From assembly GCA_025558095.1 (NCBI GenBank), contig JAIVFI010000020.1:434001-498000 (forward strand): a stretch of 64,000 nt of DNA, read 5' to 3'. The notes below the pieces were generated by a model. That model did not search any database. It was not told the origin of the DNA and was given only the letters and a program-made list of their open reading frames with translations. Below, piece by piece: positions 12,401 to 21,951 of the stretch. Origin of the DNA: Hyaloraphidium curvatum SAG 235-1 (taxonomy: Eukaryota; Fungi; Monoblepharomycota). Both the position numbers and the translations under genes were made by a program. Position 1 is the stretch's first letter. The number at the start of each line of letters is the position of its first letter.

Positions 12401-13163
12401 ATGCGAAGCTCACGCTTCGGCACAGCCCAGCCTGATTGACGCTTCGCACATCAAGGCTTTCCTGAAGCTGCAAGAATGCGCGGTTCTGCAGTCTTTGTTG
12501 AAGAGCTGTTTGTTGCTCCAAAGCGATGCGGATGCGCTAGACGCGCGGGGCGCTATCTTCGCCTACATGCACCAACAGTTCATTGAACGACCAGAGTATA
12601 TTCAGCTTGTGCTGCTTCAAGGGTTCGATAGCAAGCTCATGGAGCCCGTCGTGGCGGGGATCCCATCGCTGCGTACGTTTCCGCGGCGCCGTTCCCTGGC
12701 GAATCTCGGCTGACGCCGCCTTCCAGATGTTGCCTTCGACTTTAGCACCCAACTAGTCACGACGACGTTCGGCATTGAATTCCTGGCGCTGTTGACCGCG
12801 CAGTACCCTATTAAGCGGAGCCTCGAGGTTGCACAGCGGGTTTTACTCCCTCGATTGCAGACGCTGCTCTCGCCCGTCGCGGCATTCAACGTTGCCTTGC
12901 AAGCGGGAGAACTGGATGTGTCTTTGCCGGTGGTTCCAAAGGACGCTGCACAGCTTGCTGGGGCTTGCCTGACCCTTGCGCGCACGTTTCCGGAGCTTTC
13001 GGAAGGAATCATCGCCATCCTGCGCGACGCCAACGTGGATGCAAGGGCGTTGGAAGGGAGAACCGATGGACCCGTCGAAGCCTGGTCAACTTACCGGACC
13101 ATCGTGGATCAGACGATCGAGGACCTGCGAGCACTTCAGCGGCGTGCGGCTGGTCCAACTTAG
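9416..13163 (+). CDS. INTS2: Integrator complex subunit 2-like, multi-exon
   Basis: C-terminal YMHQQFIERPEYIQLVLLQGFDSKLMEPVVAGIPSL...AFDF...FGIEFLALLTAQYPIKRSLEVAQ matches the conserved INTS2 block as recalled (LHQMFI...LVHFQGY...VAGIPSMH...QYALPKSL); N-terminal RMFLPTL; large helical protein. Confidence 0.75.
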
Positions 13164-13265
13164 ATGGATGTGCTGCGCCTTCGGATGCTCAGATGCACCA
13201 AACATTTCAATCGAAGATTGCGAAGGATACAGCACTGAGAATGCAACCGCAGGCACTAATGGACA

Positions 13266-14832
13266 CTACCCCTTGACGGCGTTCCGAATCGCCGACAGCG
13301 CCACGGGTACCGCAAGAGCTAACATGGCAAAGACGGTTCCGTAGCTGTCGGAGGCGACGGCGGGACTCTGATTAGTGCCGCAAGGCGGTTGCAATGCCGG
13401 TTCACTTACAGGCCCGGAGCTCGACCGGGTCCAGTGCTGTGGGAATCTTTGGAACCTTCGATCCCTGCCCGCGATCGCTGTCAGCACCTCGGCAGTTCCG
13501 AGAAGCGAAGCGAACTCTACCGTACTGGTGGTACAGGACTTGAGCAACTGCCCAGGTCGCCCACAGAATGTGAAGCACAAGGCGATTGAGCCCCGAAGCT
13601 TCGGCAAACAGGGACAGCACGACCATCGGGCCGAATGCCTTGGCGTAGTCGCCCAGAGATTCGATCCGCCGGCTCAGGGCCGAGTGCCGCCGGTAGATCA
13701 CTTTGGTGGACTCGACACCCGCAGCGGAGCGCACGGCCGCTGGGTGGTCGCGATCCGGGCGGGGCGAAGGCGGCGGGGAGACGGGAGATATGGCATCCTC
13801 GTCCGGGGGACCGAGGGAGGGCGTCACAAACTCGGCTTCTGCGGCGGGTCAGATTACGCATTTGTGCGGGGAATGCGTCCCGATAAAGCTCACCTTCGCG
13901 AGAGGAAGTGGCCTCCCGGATCCTTTCCAGCGTGCCGTCGCTCAGGAAGACCTTGGTCCGGAGCCTTGCCGGCCGTCAGATCGATCGACTCCGAAGAACT
14001 GGACAACCCACCTTTGTGCCCAGACCCGAGTTAGCAGCCATGCTAGCACGAGAGTGCCCAGCACGGTGTAGAGGGCAGTCAGCGGCGCCTGCTCAGCAAC
14101 GTTGCCTCCCCGCCCGATCGATCTCCCGGCGACGAGGTTCCTTGCGCCGCCGGCGACAGCCTCCGTCCCTTCGACGAGGCGCCTCTTGGCTTCCTGGACT
14201 GCCTCCTCGGCACGATCTTCCATCTCCTCGGCGGCTTCTGTGACGTAGGAGGTGACGACCCTGTACGCTGACTTGGCAGATCCCGCAGCTCGGTTGACCG
14301 GCTGGGTGATTCGGCTGATCGCGTCGCCAGCTTCGTCCACCAGGCCCTCTGCAACGCGACGGGCGCGGCCGGTTGCTTCCTGGGCGGCACTGGAGACGGA
14401 CGCCCCGGCCTCGGAAGCCTTGGACGGCACCGCGGACGCCGCGGCGCGAGCTCTCTCGGAGACGGAGCCCGCGGCACCCCGAACTGCGGCGACGGCCTCG
14501 CGGGCCTCTTCTTCGGGGCCTGCAGCGCCGGCCTCGCGGTCCTCTTGCTTCCCAACGAACCACTCGCGGACGCGCTCGACGATGGGCTTTCCAGTCTGCG
14601 AGGAAACTTCGCGGATCCGCACGCGGTGAGGGAAGCCGTGTACGTCGTGAATGTGCTCCTCGCGTCTCCCCAGTAGCAGGTTGCGGACTGACTCGAGGAT
14701 ACTGGGCTGCAGTTCGGGCGGCGGCGGCACTATCGTCGGCTTCCCGGCTACGGCGGCTGCGCTCCCGCGACCCACGTGCGGCTCCTCGTCAATGTCCTCG
14801 ATCTCATAGACTCGCTCACGCTGGCGGGACAT
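13266..14832 (-). CDS. Membrane protein: Ala/Glu/Arg-rich LEA-like N-terminal region fused to a degenerate MAPEG-like transmembrane domain
   Basis: Spliced from ORFs 13942-14919, 13402-13827 and 13266-13607; hydrophobic segments PLTALYTVLGTLVLAWLLTRVW, FGPMVVLSLFAEASGLNRLVLHILWATWAVAQVLYH and YGTVFAMLALAVPVALS. Confidence 0.6.
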
Positions 14833-14895
14833 CGTTTCTTGCTGGTGTCGCTTCAGGGGAAGGTTGTGGAGCGGTTGTGATGTGGAGGTCGGTGA

Positions 14896-14918
14896 TGACG
14901 TGGCGGTCTGCCACGTCA
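14896..14918. promoter_or_regulatory. Inverted pair of TGACGTGGC (CRE/G-box-like bZIP) sites
   Basis: TGACGTGGC-ggtct-GCCACGTCA, perfect 9-bp inverted repeat ~65-85 bp upstream of the ATG at 14832. Confidence 0.45.
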
Positions 14919-15554
14919 CAAGGGAAGGGATGCATGCTACACTGACCGCGCAGTCTGTGTTTGACGAACAGATGAACGCTTCGTAAGTCCCGCGACAAAG
15001 ACTACGTGTACACTAGAAGAAGCTGCCAGCCCGGACTGGTAATCGATCCGAAGGACCGTCCGCATCAGTGAATGATGCCTTCGTGACGGAACTGCGGAAC
15101 GTCAAGACTGTGCTCTAGGCCGCTATGCTGAATCAATTCTTCGCCCGAGAAGGTCTCTGTCCGACCCGCGGTGCCTACAAGCTCGCCAGTGGCTCCAGCA
15201 CACGTCGGTCGCGCCGACGTTCATCTGCAAGTCACGGTGGCCAGTCGGGCGCGACAGCACAGTGTCATGGACTGCCCCTTCCACGCGCAATCGTTCGGCC
15301 AGTCCTACTTCTGCGATTGAACCGCCCATGCCAGTCGAAGTGGCACGGCCGCGCGAGCCAAGCAACAAAGACAGTGCCGGCGATGGGCGACGGGCAAACA
15401 GGCTCTCGTCTCAAGCCTCAAGTCGTTCATTTGCACGCGAAGATCTCCTTCGTTGCCGTGTCCCGCCTCGAGTTGGAGTGTGTCACGGCCGCAGCGAGTT
15501 GGGCTCCAAGCAGGAGCAGGAACAGCTCGTCACCCGCACTCGTCGAGCCAGACG

Positions 15555-15908
15555 CTACTCCAGATCATCCCCTTGCTCTTCGACATCGTAGAGCTCCTCC
15601 TCGTCAATCTCGCCAGCCGGTTGCGACGCGTCCTCTGTCGACGCCGGCGAGACTGTTTGCCCGCCGGTCGCCGTCCGTTCCCGGGCCTCCCGCGCCATCT
15701 CGTCCGTCAAAAACGCGTTCACATCGACGTGTGCTTTCTCCAAAGCGGTCACGAGCCGCGACAGATAGCTGGGAACCGCCGTGGGATCCGGCGCGGTTGA
15801 GGGTGGGGGCGGGACGGGGAACTTCATGACCTCCGTCCGCGGCCGTCCTTGATCGGATGCGTGCGGCGTGTGAGAGAATGTCGCGAGCACCGCGTTGGAA
15901 GCCGCCAT
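15555..15908 (-). CDS. GON7: EKC/KEOPS complex subunit Gon7-like
   Basis: Short protein with SYLSRLVTALEKAHVDVNAFLTDEM followed by an acidic tail (EEELYDVEE), the typical Gon7 pattern. Confidence 0.72.
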   Translation of the reverse strand: MAASNAVLATFSHTPHASDQGRPRTEVMKFPVPPPPSTAPDPTAVPSYLSRLVTALEKAHVDVNAFLTDEMAREARERTATGGQTVSPASTEDASQPAGEIDEEELYDVEEQGDDLE

Positions 15909-17116
15909 GGCTCCAACGACTGTGGCGTCTTGGACGGGTTCGCGACTCGGGAGCCAGGACACTGATCGTGTGCAAAGACACCAGAGGCTCTCTCGTATCC
16001 GATTGATAAGGACGTCTGTTCACTGTGCATCACGGCTGCTGCCATCCATGTTGAAGCCAATCTGAGCCTCAGGATTGAGATGGAGTTTAGATTGCGCAAT
16101 GGGTGGCTTTGGGGCTATGAATACCTAGGAGGGCGGACCTGGCTAGAGGGGAACGGAGGAGAGCGAACGCCACCCACTCCATTCGCACCTGTTCCGGGCG
16201 CCTGGATCCGGAGGAAACAGAGAGGCAGCCCAGACACCATACATGAACCCTCGATGCTTCTGACTATCTGTCAGGACGGGCCTTGGGAGATGGCCTAGTC
16301 ATGGGTTGGTGAGGGACAGCATGCATATGGGTGCGGCCCAACCACCATGTACCCCCACTGCTTCTCACTGTGTACATAGACATCCCACCACCTTTGTGCT
16401 GTGCAGTGCCCATGCCAGCTGGCCCCTGGGTTCCTGACATCTTATGAAAACTAGCTTGCATGTACTCGGGCCTTGTGCCCGTGGCCATATGTCTCTACTA
16501 GTGAGTAGGAATGTTTTCCCTGCAGAATAGAATAGTATTGGTGACCCGGACCTGCCCCTGGCTTGGCCGCTGTTACACCATGAGTTTGCTGCTAATTGCA
16601 AAGTTCATCGTCGTCGTGTGTCTTTTTCATTTTCCCAGTTTTCCTGTCCTTCATGGACTTTGAGATGAAGCTGGCAATGGAGTTGAGGGCCTTCTCCTTC
16701 TGCCGCCTCGCTTTGATCGTGGGCTCGAACTCCTTGATGCTAAGAGCCCAGTGTTGGAATGGATTGTTGCTTCGATTCTATCTCAATAGGGAGTCTATTG
16801 GCGTGTGGGGATACTTGGGTACGACCGGAGGGGTCATCTAGGGACTTGTCATCACAAGGGAATGGACAACGGGTCAACGTGAAACTGTCCCTCTCCCCAT
16901 CCCGTCCATCTGAGTTCTGACCCGGTTCAGACCACTGGGGCTACGTCTTCCCCACGCCCCATAGCCACTCAAACAGGTCTATGAGCCCAAAGGGTTGTGA
17001 AAGACGAAAGATGCGGCTGTGAAGTTGCCGGGTGGCGCACATAGCCGGGGGAGCCGCAATCTACCAACGCTGGTTCTGGAACTGCCTGGACAGGTTGGAG
17101 AACGCTGAAAGAGAGC

Positions 17117-19198
17117 GTGCTCAAGATGAGGAGCTTGCGGGATCGTGGAATTGAGTTCACGATGGGAGGCAGAATATGGAGAGTGGTACAGGGGACCATT
17201 CTCAGGGAGGACGGAAGGAACCTCCGAGACTGGAAGCTTGCGATGGAAAAGAAGCTCCAGATAGAAGGACTCTTGCCCTACGTGACAGGAGCAATGGCAA
17301 AGCCAACTGTGGGTGTGGCAGGGGCCACGACCAAGGACATGGACGACTGGATTGCACACGACCAAGTGGCCCTGGGATTGATCCTGGAGACTCTACCAAG
17401 GGCACTGCAACGTGTATTCTTCTCTGTGGACACTGCCAGGGAGATCTGGGACGGTCTGGAGAGGAAATTCGCGAGGGAGAACGAACTCTGGAACACGTCT
17501 GAAGGCACAGCGGGACGGAGCGCCAATGAGGAGTGCCAGGGAGCACAATCGACCGTGGAAACTCGAAGATCAGATGGAGGAGCATCCAAGGGAGGCCGAG
17601 ATGGCGATGGAAAACGTGTCAGAGGTCAGAAACGACGCGGTGTCGAGCGAGGTGGTGATCAATCACGTGGAAGCACGAGAAACGCGTCGAGAAACGCTTG
17701 CTATATGTGTGGAGAGGTTGTGCATTACGCCAGGAATTGCTTACACCGCGGAAACGCGTGTCTTCGGTGCGGGGAACCTGGACACTGGGAGACACTCTGT
17801 AAGAGGATCGCGGAGACCAATGCGCGTGAGGAGAAGCAGATGGAGCTTACCTTGGACGATAATCTGATCAAGGAGAACCTCGTGGATATGGTAGTGGCAC
17901 TGGGAGTCAAGGATTGGAAGGAGAACGCGTTCCAAGGAGAGGAACGTGAGCATGAAGTGCTGGAGGATTCCAGGAAGGCAGCACACGTGAATGCTCTCGG
18001 GGACAGGACCATGGAGGAAAATAACGCGTCTAGGAACGTGTTGGAGGTCGAGAAACCACTTTTTGGAGAGGATGTTTGTGGCCTACGTGACTTTGGGACC
18101 ACGAAGGGATCGGCGATGGCGGGCGGTATTCAGAAGACACAACTGAGGTTCTTGACAGGGAAGATCATCACTTTGATGGAGGATGCAAACATTGGAGATC
18201 GATGTGGAGCATTGCCATCGATTGAGAGCGTGGTGAAGATGGGATTCCTGGTGCTGTTGGGCCCAGAGGGTGGCAATATTCTTTCCCCAGAGGGTGAACT
18301 CATGGGAACACTGAGTTTGCACAACAGCTCGTATCAGATGAACGCAGAGATCGTGGAGGATGATCCCTACCTTGCAGAGGGAGCTAGAGGCTCAGATTTC
18401 GAAGGACATGAGGTGTGTGACTTGACCAGAGGAGGGCCTGACTGTGGAAGTGGAAGTACCTTCAGCAGAGCTGAGAAATTGGACGCATCATATGGAGGGA
18501 TGCAGCAGACACTCATGCAAGACGATTTGAACATGCCGGATAACCAGGGGGATTTGAATTTGGTTCAGAATGGAGATGCTGAAACAGATTTTGTTGCTGA
18601 CTTGGGAAAGGAGACTAAAGATGCAAACGGACAGCTGCTTTGCGAAATTGACATGGGGATCTTGAAGGACAATCATTCCGGAACAGACATGATTCAGAAG
18701 GAAGTGGAGTTGTATGAGCAGTCTTTGATTTTGGGTACTTGCAACACAATGGATCCTGAGGGTGATGAACCAGAGACAAAGGGTATTGGTGATACAGATG
18801 TTCTTGGACACTGTAAAGGCAATGACCCATTCCTGGAAGGAGCAGAAGAAAGCGATTCAGGGGAAGTGATGAAGGGTGACTCACTTTCTGGGAGACTTGC
18901 TGTTGGTGAATCACTTTCTGGGAGATGTGCTTTTGATCCAGTCAACACGGGACACGTGGAGGAGGTGTTGCAAGGACATCATCAGAGTGCTTTGCCAACA
19001 AGCTTGAAGGACAACTGGATGTTGCAAGGACATCATCAGAGTGCTTTGCCGACAAGCTTGAAGGACAACTGGATGGACTCTAAAGGAGCAGAGCATGTGA
19101 CCAATGGAAGAGCCAGACATTCTAGGAAGACTCTGGAATGGTGGAAACTGACCAGGTGGAAGGACCTGGAGAAACCACGCATGCAATGGGACTGTTGA
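17117..19198 (+). CDS. Gag-like protein with two CCHC knuckles, degenerate protease region and acidic tail; no IN, RT or RH
   Basis: DWKLAMEKKL...DQVALGLI...TAREIWDGLERKF (copia Gag); CYMCGEVVHYARNC and CLRCGEPGHWETLC; no recognisable DSG, DDE or YVDD motifs. Confidence 0.85.
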   Translation: MLKMRSLRDRGIEFTMGGRIWRVVQGTILREDGRNLRDWKLAMEKKLQIEGLLPYVTGAMAKPTVGVAGATTKDMDDWIAHDQVALGLILETLPRALQRVFFSVDTAREIWDGLERKFARENELWNTSEGTAGRSANEECQGAQSTVETRRSDGGASKGGRDGDGKRVRGQKRRGVERGGDQSRGSTRNASRNACYMCGEVVHYARNCLHRGNACLRCGEPGHWETLCKRIAETNAREEKQMELTLDDNLIKENLVDMVVALGVKDWKENAFQGEEREHEVLEDSRKAAHVNALGDRTMEENNASRNVLEVEKPLFGEDVCGLRDFGTTKGSAMAGGIQKTQLRFLTGKIITLMEDANIGDRCGALPSIESVVKMGFLVLLGPEGGNILSPEGELMGTLSLHNSSYQMNAEIVEDDPYLAEGARGSDFEGHEVCDLTRGGPDCGSGSTFSRAEKLDASYGGMQQTLMQDDLNMPDNQGDLNLVQNGDAETDFVADLGKETKDANGQLLCEIDMGILKDNHSGTDMIQKEVELYEQSLILGTCNTMDPEGDEPETKGIGDTDVLGHCKGNDPFLEGAEESDSGEVMKGDSLSGRLAVGESLSGRCAFDPVNTGHVEEVLQGHHQSALPTSLKDNWMLQGHHQSALPTSLKDNWMDSKGAEHVTNGRARHSRKTLEWWKLTRWKDLEKPRMQWDC
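18967..19074 (+). repeat. 54-bp in-frame tandem duplication (2 copies)
   Basis: gttgcaaggacatcatcagagtgctttgcc(a/g)acaagcttgaaggacaactggat twice, encoding LQGHHQSALPTSLKDNWM x2. Confidence 0.95.
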
Positions 19199-21951
19199 GC
19201 TTTGATTTAGAATCAGCAGAAGGATCTGTGCAATGTGCAACGAGGCAGAACCAGTCTGTGTGCAGGAAACTAGCAAGAGGTGCATAACACTGTGATGCAA
19301 ATGACTGAATTTGAAGGACCAAAAGTGGATAGCTAAGTTTGAGCATTTCAAAGCACTTAGGGGATTTGTGGAGATTTGAAAGTGAAACTGGAGATTTCTC
19401 AGGGATTCTTGACAGGAGGGGAGTATTGAAAGTGACTTGATAATTGCAACTGGTTTGCAACGGAGATCACATCTGGGAGACAACTTTGCAACGAGGGGGA
19501 GTGTTGGAACCTATGCATTGCTACGTTGTTGGGATTGATATGCACTGGAGGGAATCTTGCAACAAGGGGGAGTGTTGGAATGGATTGTTGCTTCGATTCT
19601 ATCTCAATAGGGAGTCTATTGGCGTGTGGGGATACTTGGGTACGACCGGAGGGGTCATCTAGGGACTTGTCATCACAAGGGAATGGACAACGGGTCAACG
19701 TGAAACTGTCCCTCTCCCCATCCCGTCCATCTGAGTTCTGACCCGGTTCAGACCACTGGGGCTACGTCTTCCCCACGCCCCATAGCCACTCCAACACCCA
19801 GAGCCAGGTCTCCATGTTCCACTCGCGGCCTAGTGCTTCCAATCTAGTCTGCAGCTTCTGGCGCCGCTCCGCATGTGCTGAACAGTGAAACAGAAAGTGT
19901 TGTTCGTCTCCAATGTGCTCAGGGTCATGCTTGCACGTTCTCTGCTGCACCTCAAGTCCTTGGTGCCTGCCTATCTCCACCTCCAGGTCGTGGGTAGAGC
20001 ACAGCAACTTTTGGACATCCCTCCGGTGCTTCTCCACCCGGATCAGGGATGGTCCGATGTGGCCAAAGGTCATGTCACACATCCTCCAAAAGTGCAGTTT
20101 GTCGTTGTCCTTGAGCCTCTGGGCATTGATCTCCCTGAACTTGCCCTTCACAAGATTCTCCACAGTCTCCTTGGGCCATGAGAAAGTGTCCTTCTCCAAC
20201 ATCTCCCTCCCATTTTCGCCGCCATAGTATACAAGTAGTTCCCTCAGGAAGGCAGCCCAGTTCCAGGACCCCTTCAGTGCCTCAATCTTGAGCTCTTTGT
20301 AAAGTAGGTACAGCGCAGGATCCGCTGTTTTGATGCGCATGAGTAACTTGAGTGCCGACTCGTGGTCATGAACTGCAAGGGGGTACTGGCCAGTGATCGC
20401 ATACAGACAGGCCAGGGAGGTAGACTTGGGCAGATGAGTGACGGCACGAAGAGCCATGCATGTCACTTTGTCCCTGGTTCTTTCCCCGGCAAGGTACTCC
20501 TCCTTCGGCATCTCAACAATGAACGGGTTCCCATATTGGCCCACTGCCTTGACCTTTGTGTTGTAGAGCTTGAGCTGGAGGTCAGGACTCATCCCAGGCT
20601 GCTCCCTGATGTCACGGAGCCAGAGCCCATAAGCAGCGTTCATCTTGGCCTCTCTGCCATGCACATGGTCCTTGCTCCGGCCGGTTGAGGTCAGCTGATA
20701 CCCCAGAAGCTTGAAGCTGTCAACCCTCTTCAGCTCCTGGTCCCTGTACATGAGCTTTACACGGTGAGGTATCCTCCTGGCCATCCACTCTGTCTTGCTG
20801 ACGTTGATCTCCAGCCCATTGGCACTGGCATATGCAGACAGAAGATCCAGCTGCATCTTGGCATCCTTCACCGTCTTCGAGATCAAAGTGGTGTCGTCTG
20901 CAAAGAACAGAGCCAGCAAGCTGACCATCCTCTCCTGATCCTCTTCCTCCTCAGACACCATGCCCAGATCCATCCCTTTTGCACCATTGGCCTCCATGAA
21001 AGCAGTGATGTCGTTGATGAACAAGATGAAGAACAGCGATGAGAGGGGGTCCCCCTGCTTCACTCCAGTTAGGAACTTGATGAAGTCCGACTTGGTGCCG
21101 TCCTCATCCCGGAGCCTTCCCCACACGCGCCCGAATGCCATCTTGAACATGTCAATAACCTGTTTGGGTACCCCCATCTCCTCCGATCCAGCTTCCTCCA
21201 CAACCTCGGGAACTCCACCGTGCCAAAGCCTTTGTGAAATCTACAAACACCATGATCAGCTTCTCCTTGCGTGCCTTGGCCAAGGAGAAGAGCGCCTCAG
21301 CAAGGAATATTGCATGAAGGGTCAATCTCCGTTCCCGGAATCCAAACTGGGAGCCTTCCAGCAGCTTGTTGCACTGGTGTTTGTCGTGTTATTCCCCCTC
21401 TAAAGAGACCGCTTCCCTAGGTAATTACTAGCCAGAAACCAAAATGAAATGGGCTGCTCAAGGATTTGCTCATACTGAGACCAGCTTACTAATGTTTTCT
21501 ACACTTTTCCTCGCAGCACAAAACTCGAGTCTGGGTTCATGATCTAGAGCTTTGGGGGGAGGAGCTGCCCCAAAGGACAATCTTTGGGGAACACAGGAGC
21601 TGCATGCTTTGGGGAAATGCAACAACATGCCCCAAACGGACATTCTGTGGAGGACTCGGCACGTCTAGGCATTGGACGAGAGTCCTTGCTGGAAGTTACC
21701 AGCCAACTGCAAGGTGGACTACCGAGACCTCCACCTAACCCGAAGGAGGACGATCGGCCAAAAAGGACGTCAGCGAATCCATATTCCATCCGAAAGCCAG
21801 ACAAACAAAAAGAACTCAGTCTTCCTGCCCGGGCTGTTCGAGCTGCAATGGAGATGGCACGGGATGCTCATGGACCTGCCCTTTCTGAAGCCGAGGCAAA
21901 CCGCATATACAAGAGCGAGTACCAGAATGTGCAACGGGCCTTGCAATCCCC

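Larger units (their letters stand above)
16752..19796 (+). mobile_element. Non-autonomous Ty1/copia-derived LTR element 1 (3045 bp, TSD CCCAG)
   Basis: 224-bp LTRs at 16752-16975 and 19573-19796 (TG...CA, one visible mismatch); TSD CCCAG at 16747-16751 and 19797-19801; PBS at 16976-16988; PPT at 19564-19572. Confidence 0.95.
16592..21400 (-). mobile_element. 5'-truncated LINE (non-LTR) RT copy A, split by an LTR element (segments 19797-21400 and 16592-16751)
   Basis: QFGFR, VFVDFTKA (frameshifted), GVKQGDPLS, LFFADD, GLEINVSKT, C-terminal GDEQHFLFHC; the frame ETWLW|ALSIKEFEP...ELCN* rejoins when 16752-19796 is removed. Confidence 0.88.

Noticed and set aside
15125-15829. Plus-strand ORFs between the LEA-like gene and GON7
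   Set aside because: No recognisable motifs, and they partly overlap GON7 in antisense; a gene cannot be supported.
18130-18190. Ubiquitin-like LTGKIITL inside the Gag ORF
   Set aside because: The context fits the degenerate copia protease C-terminal pattern, and no other ubiquitin residues follow.
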